Virus record (IMG/VR): IMGVR_UViG_3300017832_000054
Span: 1 to 42,755 of that record
Source of the DNA: a virus
Taxonomy: Duplodnaviria > Caudoviricetes
Direction: 5' to 3' (one strand)
DNA: 42,755 nucleotides
Below are positions 36,867 to 42,755 of this stretch, in pieces. Within the stretch, counting starts at the first letter, position 1. Every line of letters begins with the position of its first letter. The notes under the pieces are model-generated. The model was not told the DNA's origin and ran no database searches. It saw only the letters and a program-made list of their open reading frames with translations. A program made the position numbers and the translations under genes.

Positions 36867-38630
36867 ATGGGTGCATTCGGTGGTTTGATACTGACAAACC
36901 AAGGGAGAGCTTTGCAAGCGAAGGCACAGGCCGGCGCGCAGCTCGTTTATACAAAAATCAAAATAGGCGATGGGAATTTGGGTGGTCAGTCTATCCCAAC
37001 ATTGACGAATCTGATCAGTCCAAAGAAGACGATTGATATTCGAAAGATTGAAGTTCGTCCAGGTGGGGTTGCTGTAATCGGGACGATGCTTTCAAATTCC
37101 GATGTCACGGAAGGTTTTTATTTCCGTGAGATAGGGGTGTTTGCGCAAGATCCGGACATCGGGGAAATCTTGTATTGCTACGGCAATGCTGGCGCGAACG
37201 CGGAGTATATTCCTCCAGGCGGCGGTCCTGATGTCATCGAGAAATATATTGATATCCGGACGCTGACCGGGAACGCGCCGAACGTGAGTGCAGTAATTGA
37301 CGATTCACTGGTTTATGCCCTGAAACGGGATTTGGAAGAACTTGACGTCCGAATTCAAGATGCTAAGACAACGGCTGACACGGCCTTGGCTACCGCACAA
37401 TCCGCCACTCAAACTGCGCAGCAGGCAAACCAAAAAGCGGATCAAAACACGTCTGATCTTGTTGCGCATTTGAATGATGATGCGAAAGCACATAAAATTG
37501 AAAATATAACAGGGTTGAAAGAGGAACTAGAGCAGCGTGGAGTCAACGTAAAATCTCTCGGTGCAGTTGGGGATGGGGTTGTTGACGATACCGCTGTGAT
37601 CCAAAGCGCACTTGATAACTTTGGAACCGTAATTTTGCCGCCTGGGGTATATAAAGTCTCAGGGATACGTTTGAAAACAGGCAATCGGCTGATTGGAATG
37701 GACGAGCAGAATACAGTTTTGGTCCCGAGCACGAATGACGTTACGTTAGTGACATTGTCAAATGCGCGAGAATGCTCGATTGAAAATCTAAAAATTGATG
37801 GATATGGAATGACAGGTTGCGTTGGTCTGTATGTAGCAAACCAAAGTACCAATGTATCAGTTAAAAATGTGTGGTTTGATAGTTTAAACACAGCGGTAAG
37901 AACAAACGACTCGTATTTTTTGTTGTATGACACTTGCCGAATCATGGGATGTGCTCTTGGATTCGATTTACAGTCAGCTTCAAATTCAGTGACACTATTA
38001 AATTGTTCGATGATTTGTACAGTCAAAGCGTTACAGTGGATTAATAGCAGTGGCCTCAGTTTGATTGGGAACACCTTTGAAAATAAGACAGAAATTGATA
38101 TGTTCAATTGCTTCGGAGCAAACCTTAGCGGGAACTATTTTGAAGATGATGGAAACACAAACGCTTATCATTTAAAATTAGGAACAGGAAGTGGGTTATC
38201 AGCTTCAGGAATATCAATAAAAGGCAATCAATTTAATCATGGTGCGACACATGGTATTATCTTCATGGCTTGCCAAGGTGTAACGATTGATGGCAACAAC
38301 TTTAGAACAAACTCCTTTGCATTCGGGTGGTATCAATACGATAATTCTCCGAAACGCGCAGTCAGCATTGGGAATAACAGTTATGACATCGGTGGGCTTG
38401 GGTTCGACGCTAGCAAAATCGTAGAATTTCAAGGTTCGGATTTTGATTCGCTTAACTGCAATTTTAATGATAACCAAGTCCAGCCGTTACTATTTTTCAA
38501 ACAAAAGGAGCCGCAGTCCGTGACAATCGGAAATGAGCAATGTGTTTTGTATTGGGATGGAACCTCTTTAAAAATTAAGGCGAAAGGAGCAAGCGGAGAA
38601 ATTAAAACAGCCACTATTGCTACGCCTTAA
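36867..38630 (+). CDS. Tail fibre/tailspike: conserved baseplate-attachment N-terminus plus pectate-lyase-like beta-helix (putative polysaccharide depolymerase)
   Basis: LTNQGRALQAK..FREIGVFAQDPDIGEILYCY, coiled coil, then VNVKSLGAVGDGVVDDTAVIQSALD..ILPPGVYKVS and an Asn-rich beta-helix. Confidence 0.88.
   Translation: MGAFGGLILTNQGRALQAKAQAGAQLVYTKIKIGDGNLGGQSIPTLTNLISPKKTIDIRKIEVRPGGVAVIGTMLSNSDVTEGFYFREIGVFAQDPDIGEILYCYGNAGANAEYIPPGGGPDVIEKYIDIRTLTGNAPNVSAVIDDSLVYALKRDLEELDVRIQDAKTTADTALATAQSATQTAQQANQKADQNTSDLVAHLNDDAKAHKIENITGLKEELEQRGVNVKSLGAVGDGVVDDTAVIQSALDNFGTVILPPGVYKVSGIRLKTGNRLIGMDEQNTVLVPSTNDVTLVTLSNARECSIENLKIDGYGMTGCVGLYVANQSTNVSVKNVWFDSLNTAVRTNDSYFLLYDTCRIMGCALGFDLQSASNSVTLLNCSMICTVKALQWINSSGLSLIGNTFENKTEIDMFNCFGANLSGNYFEDDGNTNAYHLKLGTGSGLSASGISIKGNQFNHGATHGIIFMACQGVTIDGNNFRTNSFAFGWYQYDNSPKRAVSIGNNSYDIGGLGFDASKIVEFQGSDFDSLNCNFNDNQVQPLLFFKQKEPQSVTIGNEQCVLYWDGTSLKIKAKGASGEIKTATIATP
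37461..37488. repeat. dif/Xer-like site C inside the tail fibre gene: GTTGCGCATTT-GAATGA-TGATGCGAAAG
   Basis: CGCAT-N10-ATGCG inverted repeat near the junction of the conserved shaft and the variable tip; reads through as VAHLNDDAK. Confidence 0.6.
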
Positions 38631-38634
38631 ACGA

Positions 38635-38643
38635 TGATATAAT
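38635..38643 (+). promoter_or_regulatory. Extended -10 SigA promoter for the FkbM gene
   Basis: Perfect TGnTATAAT just after the tailspike stop codon; no clear -35. Confidence 0.65.
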
Positions 38644-38674
38644 TTTGAAAAAATACAAAAGGCGGTTGGTGATA

Positions 38675-39652
38675 GTGAGTATTTCATCCCTTATCCGCGA
38701 TCAGAAATTATTATTTTATCGCTTGATTCTCGAAGCATTTCAAAAGAAGAAAATCGAAAATTATGTCTTAAAAGCATATGCAGAGCCGGATTGCGAGGCA
38801 CATCAAATCATTAAAGACCATGCGCGGAAATGGTATGGATTGACAGAGTCAAACAATGTCAAATGGTCAGAAGCATTTATGTTGACCGTATTTCGAGCTC
38901 AATTAAAATTGTTTGGCAAAGGCGTGGATACTGATCTTGGGCTCAGCAAAATCGGTTTTGACGATTTGGTGATTAAGTCAACGTCTACTGATGCCAATTC
39001 GAGTAGAGTTTTTATTATGGGGTTTGACGATAATTTAACAATCTTTCAAATTTACAAAGAACAAGCAGAAAAAGGAACGATTGCGGTGGATGTTGGAGCG
39101 AACATCGGCATACACAGCTTAGTTTTATCTCGGTGTGTTGGTGAAAAAGGGAGAGTTTACGCATACGAACCACGGGCTTCGATGTGTGCGAGGATCAAAG
39201 AAAATCTAGAGACAAACTACATCAGCAACGTATTTATAAGAAAAGTTGCTGTAGGCGATCAAAATGGAAAAATACCATTTAACGAGCATGAGAAAGATTT
39301 CAACATCGGGCTCGGTTCATACGATCCAACGTCCGATAAATACGTCGATGTGGTCAAGTTAGACGAGGATTTGAAAGAAGTAGAAGGGAAAATCAGTCTT
39401 GTCAAAATCGATGTTGAGGGGTATGAATTACAAGTTATCAAGGGTATGCGAGATTTATTAATTCGGCACAAACCGAACTTGGTTTTGGAATATAACCCTG
39501 ACAAATGGGATTTTGAAGCACTTAGGAAAGAAATACCATACACAGTGAAAATTTATAAAATACCTACAACATTTAGAGATAAATCAATACTGATAAAAAA
39601 AGGTTACGAACTTAAAAAGTCAACTAACATTTTAATTACTCCTACACGATAG
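38675..39652 (+). CDS. FkbM-family SAM-dependent methyltransferase (moron) with an extra N-terminal region
   Basis: AVDVGANIGIHS, VYAYEP, VVKLDE, LVKIDVEGYELQVIKG and KPNLVLEY; AT-rich; start taken as GTG 38675 after AAGGCGG. Confidence 0.9.
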   Translation: MSISSLIRDQKLLFYRLILEAFQKKKIENYVLKAYAEPDCEAHQIIKDHARKWYGLTESNNVKWSEAFMLTVFRAQLKLFGKGVDTDLGLSKIGFDDLVIKSTSTDANSSRVFIMGFDDNLTIFQIYKEQAEKGTIAVDVGANIGIHSLVLSRCVGEKGRVYAYEPRASMCARIKENLETNYISNVFIRKVAVGDQNGKIPFNEHEKDFNIGLGSYDPTSDKYVDVVKLDEDLKEVEGKISLVKIDVEGYELQVIKGMRDLLIRHKPNLVLEYNPDKWDFEALRKEIPYTVKIYKIPTTFRDKSILIKKGYELKKSTNILITPTR

Positions 39653-39668
39653 GATCAAAATGTGTAAC
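39641..39668. repeat. dif/Xer-like site D: CCTACACGATA-GGATCA-AAATGTGTAAC
   Basis: TACAC..GTGTA symmetry with the same spacing as A-C; contains the FkbM stop codon; sits at the end of the AT-rich block. Confidence 0.5.
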
Positions 39669-39670
39669 AA

Positions 39671-39695
39671 GCACCCGGGAGGGTGTTTTTTATTT
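39671..39695 (+). terminator. Intrinsic terminator after FkbM
   Basis: GCACCC-GGGA-GGGTGT followed by TTTTTATTT. Confidence 0.75.
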
Positions 39696-39712
39696 GGGGA
39701 GGAGAGGGAACG

Positions 39713-40126
39713 ATGCAGAAAACGGACAGCTTTTATACATTCTTTGTCGGAGGCGGCGCCGCAAGCGTCGCCTTTCTTTTGGGGGGAATTGACCACTTGA
39801 TCATCGCCTTGACCATTTTCATGGCAGTGGATTTTGTGACGGGGTTATTCGTCGGAACAAAGGAGACTGGGGCCAGCTCAAAGCGTGCGTTCCGGGGGCT
39901 TGTTAAAAAAGGAGCAATGATTGGCTTGGTGATAATTGCTCATCAACTTGACATTGTGGCTGGCACAGCAGACTCACAATTTCTGAGGAATGCCATGATC
40001 CTCTTTTTGATTGCCGTCGAGGGCATCAGCATCATCGAGAACATGGAGAGGTTAGGCGTGCCGATTCCGTCATTCTTGCGTCGCCATTTTGAGCAGATGA
40101 AAAAAGAGGGAGAGGATACCAAATGA
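39713..40126 (+). CDS. Holin (phage holin 4_1 family)
   Basis: FLLGGIDH, DFVTG, GLVKK and EGISIIENMERLGVPIP; hydrophobic helices. Confidence 0.92.
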   Translation: MQKTDSFYTFFVGGGAASVAFLLGGIDHLIIALTIFMAVDFVTGLFVGTKETGASSKRAFRGLVKKGAMIGLVIIAHQLDIVAGTADSQFLRNAMILFLIAVEGISIIENMERLGVPIPSFLRRHFEQMKKEGEDTK

Positions 40127-40788
40127 AAATCATGCTCGACCCCGGCCACGGCGGCCACGACCCGGGGGCTGTGGCCAATGGGCTTAAGGAGAAGGATTTG
40201 ACGTTGGACATCGCCCGGCGCATTCGGCGCATTCTGGAGACCGAATACACCGGTGTGCAGGTGCGGCTCACCAGGGAATCCGATACCTATTTGGATCTTT
40301 CGGAGCGTGCTAAGTTGGCTAACAATTGGGGTGCCGACTTCTTCCTCTCAATCCATATCAATGCCGGTGGTGGTACCGGGTGGGAGTCGTATCGTCATCC
40401 GGCGGCGGCCAGTCGGACTGTGGCTTACCACGATGTCATCCATGCGGAAGTGATTCGGATGGTGGACGTAAGAGACCGGGGTAAGAAAACGGCCAATTTT
40501 GCCGTGTTGCGGGAGACGAAAATGCCGGCCTTGTTGACGGAAAATCTCTTCATCGATAATGCTCAGGACGCGACTAAACTCAAAGACAAGGAATTCCTGG
40601 AGAAGCTGGCCTGGGGACATGTTGTTGGTTTGGAAAAGGCTTTGGACCTGAAGAAAAAGACGCAGCAAACAACGCAAACGAATGGAAAGCTCTACCGTGT
40701 CCAGGTTGGAGCGTTCAGTGACCGAAAAAATGCAGAAAAACTGGTTGAAGAGCTTAAGAAAAAAGGTTATCAAGCCATTATCGTATAA
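40123..40788 (+). CDS. Endolysin: N-acetylmuramoyl-L-alanine amidase (Amidase_3) plus SPOR domain
   Basis: LDPGHGGHDPGA, EKDLTL, SIHINAGG, LTENLFIDN and YRVQVGAF. Confidence 0.95.
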   Translation: MKIMLDPGHGGHDPGAVANGLKEKDLTLDIARRIRRILETEYTGVQVRLTRESDTYLDLSERAKLANNWGADFFLSIHINAGGGTGWESYRHPAAASRTVAYHDVIHAEVIRMVDVRDRGKKTANFAVLRETKMPALLTENLFIDNAQDATKLKDKEFLEKLAWGHVVGLEKALDLKKKTQQTTQTNGKLYRVQVGAFSDRKNAEKLVEELKKKGYQAIIV

Positions 40789-40790
40789 AT

Positions 40791-40825
40791 AAAGCCCTCA
40801 CTCCATCCGGGGTGGGGGCTTTTTT
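40791..40825 (+). terminator. Intrinsic terminator of the late operon
   Basis: AAAGCCCTCACTCC-ATCC-GGGGTGGGGCTTT followed by a T tract. Confidence 0.85.
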
Positions 40826-40927
40826 GTTTTGCTTGCTGTCTGCTGCCTATATGATGTCCTTGCTTAATTAGTGACTTTTCGTGTTCTTTAGGACAAAATC
40901 ACCCTTTTCCTGTACAGTGAAATAGCG

Positions 40928-40964
40928 TATAATTTAATCAAAAACATTAACCTTTAAGGTGAAT
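40928..40964 (+). promoter_or_regulatory. -10 box and palindromic operator upstream of the TA module
   Basis: TATAAT at 40928-40933; imperfect palindrome ATTAACCTTTAAGGTGAAT at 40946-40964. Confidence 0.55.
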
Positions 40965-40993
40965 AATTTTGTCATAGATGGGAATCAATACAT

Positions 40994-41341
40994 ATGAAGA
41001 TTTATTTTAAGGACAAAAAGTTGATCGAAGTGTTTTCCAATCCACGAGAGATGAATCGACGATACGGTAATATGACTAAAAAAATTCAGCAGAGACTTAA
41101 AGAATTATATGCTGCTGAATGTCTTGAACATATAAGGTTGGTGCCTGGGGCAAGACTACATAAGCTGAAGGGGAAGCGTGATAATCAATTTGCTGTTGAC
41201 TTAAAGCACCCATATCGATTGGTATTTGAACCATATTTTGACCCACAAAGCGATTCTTCCCCTTTGGCTCCAGACGGAAGTTTTGATTTGAAAAAGATTA
41301 CTGCCATTTTAATTATTGAGGTGGTTGATTACCATGATTAG
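40994..41341 (+). CDS. higB: HigB/RelE-family toxin
   Basis: MKIYFKDKKL, RLHKLKGKRDNQFAVDLKHPYRLVFEP and terminal IIEVVDYHD. Confidence 0.88.
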   Translation: MKIYFKDKKLIEVFSNPREMNRRYGNMTKKIQQRLKELYAAECLEHIRLVPGARLHKLKGKRDNQFAVDLKHPYRLVFEPYFDPQSDSSPLAPDGSFDLKKITAILIIEVVDYHD

Positions 41342-42440
41342 TAAAAATGAAGTGTATAAGTTTGAACCCCTTTACTTAATCCCTCCTGGGGAAACATTGT
41401 TGGAAACCATAGAGGAGATGAATCTATCCCAGGCAGAGTTGGCTAGAAGAACAGGGAGACCTTTAAAAACAATAAACGGAATTATAAAAGGGGATATAGC
41501 AATTACTCCTGATACTGCATTACAATTTGAACGTGTTTTGGGTATCCCTGCTAAATTTTGGATAAATTTGGAGACAAACTATCGAGAAGCCATTGCTCGA
41601 GCTAAGCACATGGAGGATTTAGAAAAAGATACAGATTGGCTTAAAAACTTTCCAATCAAAGAATTAACGAAAAAAGGCTGGATTGAACGTAAAGATAACG
41701 ATAAGGAGCAACTAGATGAATTATTAAAATTCTTTGGTGTAGCTTCTATCAAAGCTTGGGGAGACATATGGCAAACAAGGGTGGCCTTCAGAAAATCACC
41801 AACCCTTGAGAGTGATCAATATGCTCTGGCGTGTTGGATAAGGAAGGCTGAACTTGAAGCCGTTAAGCAAGATTGTGTTGAATTCGATAAAAGTAAGTTT
41901 AAGCAAAGTTTGACCCAGATACGAAAGCTTACCAAAGAAACGGACCCAGATAAATTTATTCCAGAGATGGAACGTATTTGTAATGAATGCGGAGTTGCTG
42001 TAGTTTTTATACCCGAACTCAATGGGACGAGGGTTAGTGGAGCTACAAAATGGCTAAATTCAAAAAATCCTATGATTGCATTAAGTGTAAGGCATAAAAC
42101 AAATGATCACCTCTGGTTTACTTTTTTCCATGAAGCAGGACACATAATTCTTCATGGAAAAAAGGACACATTTATAGAAGGCTTTGAAATTAAAGATCAA
42201 AAAGAAAAAGAGAAAGAAGCTGAGGCAGACAGATTTGCCTCTAACTTGCTAATACCACCAAATGAGTACGAGAAATTTGTGCAAGAAAAGACTTATTCTG
42301 CCGACAAAATTATAATGTTTGCGGATCGTATAGGAATAGCGCCCGGTATAGTTGTCGGCAGATTACAACATGATAGATACATTCCATTTAGTTGGCATAA
42401 TAAGTTAAAGGTATATTACAAATGGGAAGATGAAGATTAA
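41334..42440 (+). CDS. higA: HigA-type HTH antitoxin fused to an ImmA/IrrE Zn-peptidase domain
   Basis: IPPGETL..SQAELARR..ITPDTALQFERVLGIPAKFWINLETNY (HigA); WFTFFHEAGH..EAEADRFA (HExxH). Confidence 0.9.
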   Translation: MISKNEVYKFEPLYLIPPGETLLETIEEMNLSQAELARRTGRPLKTINGIIKGDIAITPDTALQFERVLGIPAKFWINLETNYREAIARAKHMEDLEKDTDWLKNFPIKELTKKGWIERKDNDKEQLDELLKFFGVASIKAWGDIWQTRVAFRKSPTLESDQYALACWIRKAELEAVKQDCVEFDKSKFKQSLTQIRKLTKETDPDKFIPEMERICNECGVAVVFIPELNGTRVSGATKWLNSKNPMIALSVRHKTNDHLWFTFFHEAGHIILHGKKDTFIEGFEIKDQKEKEKEAEADRFASNLLIPPNEYEKFVQEKTYSADKIIMFADRIGIAPGIVVGRLQHDRYIPFSWHNKLKVYYKWEDED

Positions 42441-42464
42441 ATTTTACTATGTGGAAATGCCTGG

Positions 42465-42492
42465 GCCTTCAATTTTTGCCGAGGGCTTTTTC
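42465..42492 (+). terminator. Probable intrinsic terminator after the TA module
   Basis: GCCTTC-loop-GAGGGC followed by TTTTT. Confidence 0.55.
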
Positions 42493-42599
42493 TATTTCAA
42501 CGATTTTTATCATGCTTCTGGGAAGAAGCTTTGGAAATCGCGGCCAAGCGGATTGCCGAAAAAGAAAAGAAAACTCAAGCTCAAAACGAATCTGAATGA

Positions 42600-42628
42600 G
42601 GGGACGGCTTGGGGGACAAATTGGGGAC
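42600..42628 (+). repeat. Putative integrase arm-type binding sites (GGGGAC x3)
   Basis: Copies at 42600, 42612 and 42623; 42612-42628 is identical to 79-95. Confidence 0.75.
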
Positions 42629-42739
42629 AAAATCCACTTCTGAATACACTTTTTCGCTAGGATTGACAAAGAAGGCAAAAGAAAAAACCCCTGAAAATCA
42701 AGGGTTTTTAATTTTTACTTAGGTTGTCAATATGTTGTG

Positions 42740-42755
42740 ATGTTTCCCCACACGG
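42740..42755 (+). repeat. att core, right copy
   Basis: Identical to 1-16. Confidence 0.95.

Larger units (their letters stand above)
1..42755. mobile_element. Complete temperate prophage (lambda-like head, contractile P2-like tail) integrated at the 3' end of rlmD/rumA
   Basis: Terminal 16-bp direct repeats, integrase at the left end, and full lysogeny, replication, packaging, head, tail and lysis modules in canonical order. Confidence 0.97.

Noticed and set aside
38645-38674. TTG start at 38645 for FkbM
   Set aside because: It lies 1 nt after the predicted -10 box and has no RBS; GTG 38675 fits better
36867-39700. Diversity-generating retroelement or invertible tail-fibre shufflon
   Set aside because: No reverse transcriptase, no template/variable repeat pair, no invertase and no inverted spare fibre tips are present
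42430-42458. Possible dif-like site after higA (GAAGAT..ATGTGG)
   Set aside because: The spacing is off by one and the left arm is poor, so it cannot be distinguished from chance
42430-42678. ORFs 42430-42660 (+) and 42469-42678 (-)
   Set aside because: They run across a terminator and the att arm repeats and have no convincing RBS or motif

Overview
The window is one apparently complete temperate prophage of a Bacillales-type host (inferred from the gene families and the sigA/sigH-like promoters). It is bounded by a perfect 16-bp att core (ATGTTTCCCCACACGG, 1-16 and 42740-42755) and is integrated in the 3' end of an rlmD/rumA-family rRNA methyltransferase gene; the phage supplies the replacement C-terminus MFPHTVHVECVVTLIYKGN*. 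Gene order: tyrosine integrase, ImmA, ImmR, then Cro, BRO/ANT antirepressor, Xis, a recombination/replication block (Cas4/AddB-like nuclease, Sak4-like ATPase, SSB, PcrA/UvrD helicase, initiator, DnaB-family helicase), RusA, a variable small-gene region, an Xpf-like sigma factor, a putative cos site, an amber-interrupted ParB-methyltransferase, a lambda-like head, a P2-like contractile tail, a beta-helix tailspike, an FkbM methyltransferase moron, holin, amidase, and a HigB plus HigA-Zn-peptidase module. The most interesting signal is four degenerate 28-bp dif/Xer-like sites (11-6-11 layout, CRCAT-N10-ATGYG core). Two bracket a single early gene and two bracket the AT-rich tailspike-tip plus FkbM block, which suggests a cassette-exchange system. 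Also notable are the ImmA anti-repressor ending in an SSB-type acidic tail (NIDISEEDLPF) and the pairing of a depolymerase with a possible receptor-modifying methyltransferase. All product calls come from reading motifs by eye; no database search was run, and base-composition statements are visual impressions.
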